64,000 nt of DNA from Vicinamibacteria bacterium (GTDB taxonomy: Bacteria; Acidobacteriota; Vicinamibacteria; Marinacidobacterales; Marinacidobacteraceae). Shown piece after piece: positions 18,196-27,240 of this stretch. The stretch is from the NCBI GenBank assembly GCA_965199715.1, contig OZ241322.1, positions 64,001-128,000 on the forward strand, read 5' to 3'. Below the pieces are notes generated by a model, which saw only the letters and a program-made list of their open reading frames with translations, had not been told where the DNA came from and made no database searches. Made by a program: the position numbers and the translations under genes. The stretch's first letter is position 1. Every line of letters starts with the position of its first letter.

Positions 18196-19631
18196 AGCCT
18201 CCCGGAAACGATGAGACGATCGGCGGCGTGAACCTGGCACTCGTGAGTCACTCCACTCGGCGCCGCGTCCCGGCGGCGCTTCTCGCCGCGGTCTTCGTCC
18301 TCGGCGCGCTTCCGGCGGACGCGGACGCGCCGTCCCGGCGCACCGTCTGGCGCGACATGACGAACAAGGGGAACTCCCTCGTGATCGGGCGGTTCGCGGG
18401 CAAGTTCGAGAGTTCCGACTTCCGTTCCCGGCGCATCGTGATGCGGCACCGGGACACCGGCAAGCGGGAGACGCTCCGGATCGACGACGGTCTCGGCCTG
18501 ATCGCCGAGATCGTGAAGCCGGGCGTGTACGACGTGCTCGCGATCGAGGCGGTGTACCTGCCGCAGATCCGCCCCATGAACCCGCGCCGGATCCGCCCCA
18601 TCCGCCAGCGGTTCTCGGTCTCGCCCAGGGAGCACGAGATCAGGGAGGCGCTGATCCTCGTCCCCGCCGACCGCCCGGTCTACATCGGCACGATCCGCGC
18701 CGGCGCCGAGCGGCGGGGGATGGTGTACGAGGGCCAGAAGCTGCGCGTGGTCGATGACTTCGACGTGGCCATGGACCGGCTCGCCACGGTGTATCCGCAG
18801 CTCGCGACCAGCCTCGAGCAGGAGGCGCTGGTTCCGCAGCGGCACTTCATGCTGCGTCCGACCCGCACCGACCCGCCGCTCGAGGCCGTCGTCGGCATGG
18901 AGGACCCGGTGACGCAGGCGCGGCGCTACATCGAGGACGGAAAGTACGAGCAGGCCATCGACTGGCTCTCCACGTTCATGCCGGTCTCCGACAACCAGCG
19001 CAGCGAGGTGCGGCTCCTGATCGGCGAGGCGCATCTGGGATCGCGCGACCTGCCGCTCGCCATCGAGGAGCTCGGCGAAGTGCTCCTGAGCGAGCCCGGC
19101 AATGTCCGCGCCTTGCGGCTGCTCGCCCGCGCCCACTCGCTGAACGGCGATCTGGAGGACACCGAGAACCTCTACCACGCGCTTCTCGAGATGCGGCCCC
19201 GCGACGCCGAGGCGCACCTCCAGATCGGCTACCTGCAGGCGCTTCGCTCCGAGGAGGAGAGTTCGCTCGCCTCGTTCGAAGTCGCCTTCGAGAGCGAGTT
19301 CGACTACCTGATGCACGACCTCGCGCCGTTCCTGATCGCGGTGCGCGGCACCACCGAGCAGGGCGCGCTCTACGAGCCGGCCACGATGCTCGACACCGAC
19401 GTCCCGTTCGCGGGCGGCTCCGGCTCCCGGCGCTCGTCGCGCAACGACGGCATCCTCGTGCTGATCGACCACCGGGGGCGCGTCAAGGCGGCGCACTTCG
19501 CGCCGGACAGCTCGAACCGCGCCCACCTCACGATGTTGTCTTTGGTGCGCGGGCGCTACCGCCCGGCGCGCCTCAACGGGGTCTCGGTGCCGTCGATCCT
19601 CGCGAGCGGCCGCTTCCGCGGCGAGAACTAG
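18192..19631 (+). CDS. Exported protein with TPR-like middle and TonB-C-like terminus
   Basis: Hydrophobic N-terminus; TPR-like helices (EPGNVRAL..LARA, PRDAEAHLQIG); VLIDHRGRV...YRPARLNGVSV. Start codon uncertain. Confidence 0.6.
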   Translation: MKPPGNDETIGGVNLALVSHSTRRRVPAALLAAVFVLGALPADADAPSRRTVWRDMTNKGNSLVIGRFAGKFESSDFRSRRIVMRHRDTGKRETLRIDDGLGLIAEIVKPGVYDVLAIEAVYLPQIRPMNPRRIRPIRQRFSVSPREHEIREALILVPADRPVYIGTIRAGAERRGMVYEGQKLRVVDDFDVAMDRLATVYPQLATSLEQEALVPQRHFMLRPTRTDPPLEAVVGMEDPVTQARRYIEDGKYEQAIDWLSTFMPVSDNQRSEVRLLIGEAHLGSRDLPLAIEELGEVLLSEPGNVRALRLLARAHSLNGDLEDTENLYHALLEMRPRDAEAHLQIGYLQALRSEEESSLASFEVAFESEFDYLMHDLAPFLIAVRGTTEQGALYEPATMLDTDVPFAGGSGSRRSSRNDGILVLIDHRGRVKAAHFAPDSSNRAHLTMLSLVRGRYRPARLNGVSVPSILASGRFRGEN

Positions 19632-20386
19632 GGCGCTTCCAGCAGCCGCTCCACCTCGGCCTCGAGCGCCGAGAACGGTTGGTCGGTGCTCGGCGCCGGG
19701 TGCAGTAGCCCTTGGCGGTCGATGAGGAAGTTGGCCGGGTAGCGGGCGGTCTCCATGAACACCGGCGGCACGGCGCCGCCCTCGAGCGCGCCGGGCACGA
19801 GCAGCGGGTACTCGACCGCCACCGACTCGTCCCGGAACGTCCGCTGGATCGCCTCCTCCTCGGTCGAGATCCCGAACACCACGAGGCCCCGGTCCGCCTC
19901 CTCGGCGGCGAGCCGGTCCAGCTCGGGCATCTCGGCGCGACACGGCGGACACCACGTGGCCCAGATGTTGACAAGCACGACGGACCCCCGGTAGCCGGAA
20001 AGCCGGTGGACGCCGCCGTCCAGATCGCGGGCGAGGAAGTCGGGCGCGGGCACGCCCGAGAGCGCGAGGTTGGCCGCCTGCCGCGCCCGGCGGACGCCGC
20101 CCCGGATGGGGACGAAGGCGAGCCCGAGCGTCAGCGTCGCGACGAGCGCGCCCGCGATCCCCGCGGCGCCGAGCGCGCCGGCGCGCCGCGCCCGGAACGC
20201 CGAAACCAGCGCGAGGACCGGCGGCGCCAGCATCGCGAGGGTGACCGCGGCGAGCCGGAACACCCAGTCGCCGTCGGGGTTCGCGCTCAGGCGCGTGAGC
20301 CCGACGTACGCGCCGAGGCCGAGGACGGCGGAGAGCAGCGGGGCGGAAAGGCCGGCCCACAAGGGCGAGCGGGGCACAAGGCTCAT
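19628..20386 (-). CDS. Membrane-anchored TlpA-family disulfide reductase
   Basis: Three TM helices followed by NIWATWCPPCRAEMPEL. Confidence 0.9.
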   Translation of the reverse strand: MSLVPRSPLWAGLSAPLLSAVLGLGAYVGLTRLSANPDGDWVFRLAAVTLAMLAPPVLALVSAFRARRAGALGAAGIAGALVATLTLGLAFVPIRGGVRRARQAANLALSGVPAPDFLARDLDGGVHRLSGYRGSVVLVNIWATWCPPCRAEMPELDRLAAEEADRGLVVFGISTEEEAIQRTFRDESVAVEYPLLVPGALEGGAVPPVFMETARYPANFLIDRQGLLHPAPSTDQPFSALEAEVERLLEAP

Positions 20387-21366
20387 GGGACGTCTCCCTC
20401 GTAGCGGCGGCGGATGACGGGAATCAGGTACTCGGCGAACAGCGACTCGGCGTCGGGGTCGGGAACCCAGCGGAAGTCGTCCCGCGCCGCGCGGTCGTCC
20501 ACCTCGGCCGGCCAGCTCTGGACGATCCGGTCGCGTTGCACGTCGGGAGCGTAGGTATGGTCGAGGTCCGGGAAGTCCCGCCGCACGCGGGCGGCGACTT
20601 CCTCCGCCGAAAGGCTGGGGCCGCCGAGGTTGTATGCGGTGCGCGAGAGGCGGGACTTGTCCGCGTCGGCCAGCCGGAGCACGCCCTCGACCGCCGTCGG
20701 CATGGCGCAAAACGGAAGTCGCGCCTCGGGACCGACGAAGCACGCGAACGACTCGCCCCGCGCCGCGGCGTGGATCATCTCGGGCGCCCAGTCGCTCGTC
20801 CCTCCCGACGGCAGCGTCTCGGCGGACAGGAGCCCGGGGAACCGCACCGCGCGGAAGTCCAGATTCGCGCACTCCCGCTCGAGGACCGTCCCGAGGCGCT
20901 CGACGTAGAGCTTTTGCGCTCCGTAGAGCGTCGCCGGGTTCAGGAACTGGTCCTCGCGCACCGGCCCGGGGTCGCGCCGCAGCGGCACTCCGTACACGGC
21001 GATCGAGCTCGGGAAGAGGAACGCCACCGGGGTCTCGGCGGCGAGCGCCGCCGCTGCCCCGAGCGCCCGGACCGAACCCTCGACGTTGACCCGGTGCGCG
21101 AGTTCGGGGACCGACTCGGCGCGGGTCGAGAGCAGCGCGGCGAGGTGGAAGATCCGCTGCGGCCGATGTCCGAGGATGCGCTTCCAGACCTCCCGGTCGA
21201 GGATGTCGCCCTGGATGTGCCCGAGGCTTCTCGGGGCCGCTTCGCCGGGGAGCGGGCGGATGTCGGTCGTGAGCACCCGGCAGTCGGAACGCGCCGAAAG
21301 CCGGCGCACGAGCGCGGTTCCGATCTCCCCGGACGCGCCGGTGACCAGCGTGACCGGCGGGCTCAC
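20383..21366 (-). CDS. NAD-dependent epimerase/dehydratase (SDR L-threonine dehydrogenase-like)
   Basis: TGASGEIG, HLAALLS, PSSIAVYG, YGAQK and GGTSDW motifs. Confidence 0.85.
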   Translation of the reverse strand: MSPPVTLVTGASGEIGTALVRRLSARSDCRVLTTDIRPLPGEAAPRSLGHIQGDILDREVWKRILGHRPQRIFHLAALLSTRAESVPELAHRVNVEGSVRALGAAAALAAETPVAFLFPSSIAVYGVPLRRDPGPVREDQFLNPATLYGAQKLYVERLGTVLERECANLDFRAVRFPGLLSAETLPSGGTSDWAPEMIHAAARGESFACFVGPEARLPFCAMPTAVEGVLRLADADKSRLSRTAYNLGGPSLSAEEVAARVRRDFPDLDHTYAPDVQRDRIVQSWPAEVDDRAARDDFRWVPDPDAESLFAEYLIPVIRRRYEGDVP

Positions 21367-22052
21367 GCCGGGCCCCCGAGAACGGCGGCGAGGAACCGCC
21401 CCACGTCGCGGCACTCGGGCGCCGAGACCTCGTGGGCGATCGGGTACGCGCGGAAGACTCCGTCCCACCCGGCGTCGCGAAACGCCCGGAACGCGGCCTC
21501 GCCGTAGCGGCACGGAATGAGTTCATCCGACAGGCCGTGGCCGGCGAAAAGCCGCGCTCCCGGGAGCTTCGGACCGCGCACCAGCTCGGTGTGGGCGACG
21601 TGAGTCGAAAGCGCCAGCACGCCGCCGACCTCGACGGGATCCCCCGCCACGCCGTCGAGCCCGGCGGCGGCGAGCGCCACCGCGCCGCCCTGCGAGAACC
21701 CGGCGAGGACGATCCGGCGCGCCGGAACGCCCGCCTCGCGCTCCTCCCGGACGAGTTCCCGGATCCAGGTCACCGACTCGGCGAGCTGCTCCTCGTCCAC
21801 GAGCCGCCCGCGGGCCTCCGGAGACTCCGCGATGATCGCGCGCAGATCGAACCACGAGCGCATCGGGAAGCCGCCGTTCAACGTCACCGGGCGGACCGGC
21901 GCCTCCGGGAAGCGGAAGCGGACTCCGAGCGCGGGCGGGAGGCCGAGCATGGGGATCACCGGGACGAAGTCGTCGCCGTCGGCCCCGAGGCCGTGGAGCC
22001 AGATCACGGTGGCGCGGTGCTCTCCAGACGGCGGGAGTTCGACGATGCTCAC
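21363..22052 (-). CDS. Phospholipase/carboxylesterase (alpha/beta hydrolase)
   Basis: LHGLGADG, GFSQGG, HGLSDELI and AHEV motifs. Confidence 0.9.
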   Translation of the reverse strand: MSIVELPPSGEHRATVIWLHGLGADGDDFVPVIPMLGLPPALGVRFRFPEAPVRPVTLNGGFPMRSWFDLRAIIAESPEARGRLVDEEQLAESVTWIRELVREEREAGVPARRIVLAGFSQGGAVALAAAGLDGVAGDPVEVGGVLALSTHVAHTELVRGPKLPGARLFAGHGLSDELIPCRYGEAAFRAFRDAGWDGVFRAYPIAHEVSAPECRDVGRFLAAVLGGPA

Positions 22053-24967
22053 GTGAATTGCTCCCGCAGCGCGAAGTCGAGCGTCTCCAGGTACCGGTCG
22101 GCGTCGGCGTTCGAGAAGGTGAGCGGGGGCTTGAGCTTGATCACGTTGCGGTCGGGGCCGTCGGTGCTGTTGAGGATGCGGCAGTCGTGGAGGCGCCGCA
22201 CGAGCCGCCCGGCCTCCCGGGTCGCCGGCGCCGGCGGATCGCCCGGGTGCGCGAGCTCGAAGCCGAGGAAGAGGCCCCGGCCGCGGACGTCGGCAAGGAT
22301 AGGGCAGGAGCGGCCGATCTCGGCGATCCCGGAAAGAAGCCGCGCCCCCACGGCCGCCGCGCGCTCGGCGAGCCCCTCGTCGCGGATGACGTCGAGGACG
22401 GCGAGGCCGGCGGCGCACGAGACCGGATTCCCGCCGAAGGTGTTGAAGTACTCCATCCCGTCCTCGAAGGAACGGGCGACCTCCGGGGTCGTCACGACGG
22501 CTCCGAGCGGGTGCCCGTTTCCGGCCGGCTTGCCCACGGTCACGATGTCGGGAACCGCCGCGTCGTCGCCGGTCCGGTCGGAAAAGGCCCAGAACGCCGG
22601 GCCGACGCGCCCGAAGCCGGTCTGCACCTCGTCGGCGACGATGACGCCGCCGGCCTCGCGCACCGCCCGGTAGAGCGCGTCCAGATATCCCGGCGGCGGG
22701 ACGATCTGCCCTCCGCAGCTCAGGATGGCCTCGTGAACGAGGGTGGCCGGCCCGGCGGCGGCGACGCGGCGGGCCGCGTCCTCCATGAGCCGCTGCGTCC
22801 AGTCGGGCCGATTTCGGCGGAAGCGCCCGCGGAACCCGTCGGGAGCCGGCAGCCGATGGAGGCGGGGGTGCGGCCGGCCGCCGCCCGGACCGTCCAGCTT
22901 GTACGGGCTGATCTGGATGAGCGAGGTCAGGTTCCCGTGGTAGCCGCCGTCGAAGACGATCGCGTCGTCGCGGCCGAGCCGAGCGCGGGCCAGCCGCAGC
23001 GCGAGGTCGTTGGCCTCGCTGCCGGAGTTCGTGAAGAACACGACCGACAGCGGCTCGGGAAGCGTTTCGGCGAGCGCCTCCGCGTATTCGGTCAACTGCC
23101 GGTAGAGATACCGGGTGTTCGTGTTCAGGAGCCGCGCCTGCCTCGCGATGGCCTCGGCGACTCTCGGATGCGCGTGCCCGACGTGGCAGACGTTGTTCAC
23201 CATGTCGAGGTAGTCGCGCCCAAGGTTGTCGTACAGCCGGGTGCGCCGCCCGCGCGCCACCGAGACCGGCGGGTCGCCGCTGAGGCTGAGCGCCGCGCTG
23301 ATCCGTCGCCTCCGCGCCTTCAGCAGGTGCTCGGGCTCGGCGAGGGCCTCGTGCGAGACCGCGACCCGGTCCGGGTCGAGGCCGAGGAACGCCGCCGGGT
23401 TCGGGCTCATCGCCTCGAGGACCGGAAGGTCGCGGGGCGCGGCCACGCCCGGCGGGTCGTCGCCGAAGCCGAGATCGGCGGTCAGCAACTGGAAATGGAG
23501 GTGCGGCGGCCAGCCGCCGTTCTCGTCTTCGGTCCCGAGCCTCGCGATTCGATCGCCGCGCCGGACCGGGTCGCCGGGCTTCCAGCGGGCGAGGCATTCG
23601 CGGGCGAGATGGCCGTACAGCGCGCCGAAGCCGCCCGGATGCCGGATCGCGAGGCAGGGACCGAACCCGAGCGGGACGGCGTCCTCGCGAATCCAGTCGA
23701 TCGCGCCGTCCAGCGGGGCGCGGACCTCGGTTCCGGCCGGCGCGAAGACGTCGATCCCGAGGTGAATCGTGCGCGGCTCGGCGACCGGCGATCCGCCCCG
23801 GAAGCCGGGCGCGGCGTAGAGCAGGCGCGGCTCGCGATAGCGGCCGATGGAGACTCCGGGCGGGATGGCGTCGGCGAGCTCCTCGGGGCCGGCCAAGGCT
23901 TCGGGGCCGAGATCCAGCGCCGGCGCGTCGTCCGGAATCTCGATCGGCCGAACGGCCGCCCCTCCGGGATCCGCCGATCGAACCCGGAACCCGGCCGCGA
24001 CCCGCGCCCGAGCCGCGAGCAGCGCGCCCGGAGTGCGGTCCAGTTCCGACAGGAACCGCCACATCCCGTCCTCGCTGGTCACGAGATACGCCTCGCCGGC
24101 GTTGGCTCGCCCGGCGCTGACCGCGGCGCTCACGAGCGCCCGCGCCGCGAGCGCGGTCGGGAAGAGTTCGGCTTCGGCCGCGAGCGCAGGGGCGAACGCC
24201 CGGAGGACGGCGAGCGCCGCCTCGAGCGGCTCGGCGGCGGTGAGCGAGAGATAGAGCGCGGCGTTCGCGGCCTCAAGCAGCGGCGGACCCCGCGACGCGT
24301 CCCCGAAGTCCAGCACGGCGAGCGCGCCCGGGTTCTCGGGTTCGCCCTCGAGCAGCAGGTTGTCGTCGTTCAGATCGTTGTGGAGCCAGTTCTCCGGAAG
24401 GCCGAGGAGTTCCGTCAGTCTCGGCAGCGTCCGCTCCCGGATCCGGTCGTAGAGCTCCGGATCGCGCAGTCCGCGTCCGGCCGCCCGGATGACGCCCTCG
24501 TACCGATCCGGCCGCCAGGGAATGTCCGCCGGCGGGAGCTCGTCGCCCGCGACCGAGGCCAGCGCCGACTGGAGCCGGGCCGCGGTTTCGCCGGCCCGGG
24601 CGAGGAGCGCCGGCGGGCGGCGCCGGAACGACGAGAGCGCCCGGCCGGGGAGGCGCGGGAAAAGCCGCAGCCAGTGGCGCCGTCCGTCGAAGACGCGCGA
24701 CGCCCGTGCGCGCCCGTCGGGAAGCGGGATCGGAACCGCGACCCGGACCTGCGCCGCCGCCGCCCGGATCAGGCGCTCCTCGAGGTCGAGCTGCGCGGCG
24801 GAAGCGCCGCTCTCGCTGATCTTGAGGACGCGGGCGCCCACCGCGAAGTTGAGATCGCGCTCGCCGGGCAGGGGAAGCGCCTGCGCGGAGACGCCCCACA
24901 GCGCGGCGGCGAGCTCTTCGGCCTCCGCCGGGGTGACGCGGGGCCGGCGCGGCAGCGGATCGTTCAC
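22049..24967 (-). CDS. Fusion of APH-like kinase, M23-like domain and class III PLP aminotransferase/phospho-lyase
   Basis: Kinase HNDLNDDN and DFGD; M23 HLGID and PHLHF; AT-III NSGSEAND, ADEVQTGFGR and TVGKP. Confidence 0.9.
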   Translation of the reverse strand: MNDPLPRRPRVTPAEAEELAAALWGVSAQALPLPGERDLNFAVGARVLKISESGASAAQLDLEERLIRAAAAQVRVAVPIPLPDGRARASRVFDGRRHWLRLFPRLPGRALSSFRRRPPALLARAGETAARLQSALASVAGDELPPADIPWRPDRYEGVIRAAGRGLRDPELYDRIRERTLPRLTELLGLPENWLHNDLNDDNLLLEGEPENPGALAVLDFGDASRGPPLLEAANAALYLSLTAAEPLEAALAVLRAFAPALAAEAELFPTALAARALVSAAVSAGRANAGEAYLVTSEDGMWRFLSELDRTPGALLAARARVAAGFRVRSADPGGAAVRPIEIPDDAPALDLGPEALAGPEELADAIPPGVSIGRYREPRLLYAAPGFRGGSPVAEPRTIHLGIDVFAPAGTEVRAPLDGAIDWIREDAVPLGFGPCLAIRHPGGFGALYGHLARECLARWKPGDPVRRGDRIARLGTEDENGGWPPHLHFQLLTADLGFGDDPPGVAAPRDLPVLEAMSPNPAAFLGLDPDRVAVSHEALAEPEHLLKARRRRISAALSLSGDPPVSVARGRRTRLYDNLGRDYLDMVNNVCHVGHAHPRVAEAIARQARLLNTNTRYLYRQLTEYAEALAETLPEPLSVVFFTNSGSEANDLALRLARARLGRDDAIVFDGGYHGNLTSLIQISPYKLDGPGGGRPHPRLHRLPAPDGFRGRFRRNRPDWTQRLMEDAARRVAAAGPATLVHEAILSCGGQIVPPPGYLDALYRAVREAGGVIVADEVQTGFGRVGPAFWAFSDRTGDDAAVPDIVTVGKPAGNGHPLGAVVTTPEVARSFEDGMEYFNTFGGNPVSCAAGLAVLDVIRDEGLAERAAAVGARLLSGIAEIGRSCPILADVRGRGLFLGFELAHPGDPPAPATREAGRLVRRLHDCRILNSTDGPDRNVIKLKPPLTFSNADADRYLETLDFALREQFT

Positions 24968-26322
24968 CGCAGCAGCATCCGGATCAGCCCCAGCTTGCCG
25001 GCGTAGGGCGGATAGCGGATCGGGAGGTCCAGCCGCGAGCCGGAGAGCACTGCGCGGGGCCGGGACAGGCGGTCGAAGCCGTAGCGGCCGTGGTAGGCGC
25101 CGACCCCGCTGCGGCCGGTCCCGCCGAAGGGCAGCCAGGGGCTCGCGCAGTGGAGCACTGTGTCCTGCGTCACGAGCGCGCCGCCGGGAATCCGCCGCAC
25201 CGCCACCCCGAGCGAACTCCGCCGCGACCCGAAGAAGTAGAGCGCGAGCGGCTCCGGATTCGCCGCCACTCGGTCGAGCGCCTCGTCCTCGCTCCTCCAC
25301 GGGACGAGCGGCAGGATCGGGCCGAAGATCTCCTCGGTCGCGGCGGCGTGTCCCTCGGGCCACGGCCCGGTGACGGTCGGCGCGAGATAGCGCCGCGCCG
25401 GGTCCGCCTCGCCGCCGCGAAGTACCGGAAGCCCGTCGAGCAGGCCGAGCAGCCGATCGAGGTGGCTCTCGTTCACGATGCGGGCGTAGTCCGGGCTCTT
25501 CGCCGGGTTCTCGCCGTAAAAGCGCGTCAGCTCGCGGCCCACGAGCGCGGCGAATTCGTCGAGGCGGCGCTCGGGGACGAGCGCGTAGTCGGGCGCCACG
25601 CAGGTCTGGCCGGCGTTCAGGAACTTCCCCCACGCGATCCGGCGGGCGGCGAGCGGCAGATCGGCGGAGTCGTCCACCATCGCCGGGCACTTGCCGCCGA
25701 GTTCGAGGGTGACCGGCGCGAGCGTGTGCGCCGCCGCCTCGGCGACGGCCATTCCGGTGCGCCGGTTTCCGGTGAAGAACACGTGGTCGAACCCGGCCCG
25801 CACCAGCGCCGCGCCGGTCTCGGGGCCGCCCCGCACGACGCTCGCGAGCCCCTCGGGCAGCGCGTCGGGGAGGATGCGGGCGAGGAGGTCGGCGGTCGCC
25901 GGCGCGAGTTCCGACGGCTTCAGGACGACGGCGTTCCCCGCCGCGATCGCGGCGACGACGGGCGCGAGCGAGAGCTGGACCGGGTAGTTCCACGGCGCGA
26001 TCACGAGCACCGCCCCGAGCGGGACCGGCTCGACCCGGCTGCGCGCCGGAAGCAGCGCGAGCGGCGTGGGCCGGCTCCGCGGACGCATCCACTCTCCGAG
26101 ATGGCTTCGCGCGTGGCGGATTTCGGCGCGCACGAGGCCGATCTCGGTGGCCCACGCCTCGAACGGGCCCTTGCCGAGGTCCCTCTCGAGCGCTTTCTCC
26201 AGCGCGCCCCGATGCTCCCGCAGCATCCGGTCGAGCGAACCGAGCGCGTCCCGCCGGAACCGCCGGGAGAGGGTGGCTCCGCTCCTCGCGAATCGCCTCG
26301 CCCGCTCCCGAATCTCGTCCAA
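24964..26322 (-). CDS. Aldehyde dehydrogenase (class 3-like)
   Basis: PWNYP, LKPSE, TLELGGK, GQTCVAPDY and EEIFGP motifs. Confidence 0.93.
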   Translation of the reverse strand: MDEIRERARRFARSGATLSRRFRRDALGSLDRMLREHRGALEKALERDLGKGPFEAWATEIGLVRAEIRHARSHLGEWMRPRSRPTPLALLPARSRVEPVPLGAVLVIAPWNYPVQLSLAPVVAAIAAGNAVVLKPSELAPATADLLARILPDALPEGLASVVRGGPETGAALVRAGFDHVFFTGNRRTGMAVAEAAAHTLAPVTLELGGKCPAMVDDSADLPLAARRIAWGKFLNAGQTCVAPDYALVPERRLDEFAALVGRELTRFYGENPAKSPDYARIVNESHLDRLLGLLDGLPVLRGGEADPARRYLAPTVTGPWPEGHAAATEEIFGPILPLVPWRSEDEALDRVAANPEPLALYFFGSRRSSLGVAVRRIPGGALVTQDTVLHCASPWLPFGGTGRSGVGAYHGRYGFDRLSRPRAVLSGSRLDLPIRYPPYAGKLGLIRMLLR

Positions 26323-26356
26323 GGGAGGGCGAGTATAGAGTCTAGAATCGGCGGCG

Positions 26357-27004
26357 ATGGCCGCCCGTTCCCAAGCTCTCCCGTACCCCTCCGCAACGCT
26401 GCCGGACCGCCCGGTCGCCATCCCGCCGCCCGCCGCGCACCGCGTCCTCGGGAATCCGATGGCTCCGCCGTGGCCGGCGGGAATCGATGAGAGCTTCTTC
26501 GGCATGGGCTGCTTCTGGGGCGCCGAGCGGCTGTTCTGGAAGCTCCCGGGCGTCTGGAGCACCGCGGTCGGATACGCCGGCGGAACCACCGCGAACCCGT
26601 CGTACGAGGACGTCTGCTCGGGGAGGACCGGCCACGCCGAGGTGGTGCGGGTCGCGTTCGACCCGGCGCGGATCGACTACGACGGGCTGCTGTGCGCGTT
26701 TTGGAACAACCACGACCCCACCCAGGGAATGCGCCAGGGCGGCGACGTCGGCACGCAGTACCGCTCGGCGCTCTATACGGTGGGCGACCGGCAGCGGGAC
26801 GCCGCGCTCGCCTCGCGCGACGCCTTCGAGGCGCGCCTCCGGGACGCCGGGCTCGGCGCGATCACGACCGAGATCCGGCCCTCGCCGGCGTTCCATTTCG
26901 CCGAGGAGTACCACCAGCAGTACCTCGACAAGAACCCGTGGGGGTACTGCGGCCTCGCCGGTACCGGCGTCTCCTGCCCGACGGGCGTCCGCGCCGCGAG
27001 CTGA
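26357..27004 (+). CDS. msrA: Peptide-methionine (S)-S-oxide reductase
   Basis: GCFWG, GHAEVV, GTQYRS and AEEYHQQYL motifs. Confidence 0.98.
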   Translation: MAARSQALPYPSATLPDRPVAIPPPAAHRVLGNPMAPPWPAGIDESFFGMGCFWGAERLFWKLPGVWSTAVGYAGGTTANPSYEDVCSGRTGHAEVVRVAFDPARIDYDGLLCAFWNNHDPTQGMRQGGDVGTQYRSALYTVGDRQRDAALASRDAFEARLRDAGLGAITTEIRPSPAFHFAEEYHQQYLDKNPWGYCGLAGTGVSCPTGVRAAS

Positions 27005-27240
27005 TGGCGGGGACCGGGCGGCGGAGCGCGCCGCCGGGCTGCGCCTCGGAGCGATCCGGCGCCGGATCTTCCTCTGCGCGGACGCGACGAAGCCCAGGTG
27101 CTGCGCCCCCGAGCGCTCGCTCGAGTCCTGGGCCTTCCTGAAGCGGCGGCTCGCCGAACTGGGCCTCGCGCGCGGCCCCGAGGGAGGCCCGGTGGCGCGG
27201 ACGAAGGCGAACTGCCTGCGCGAGTGCGCCGACGGGCCGG
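27004..27240 (+). pseudogene. Truncated thioredoxin-like [2Fe-2S] ferredoxin
   Basis: IFLCADATKPRCC...SWAFLKRRL...RTKANCLRECADGP. There is no in-frame start, and homology stops at the metH stop codon. Confidence 0.7.
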
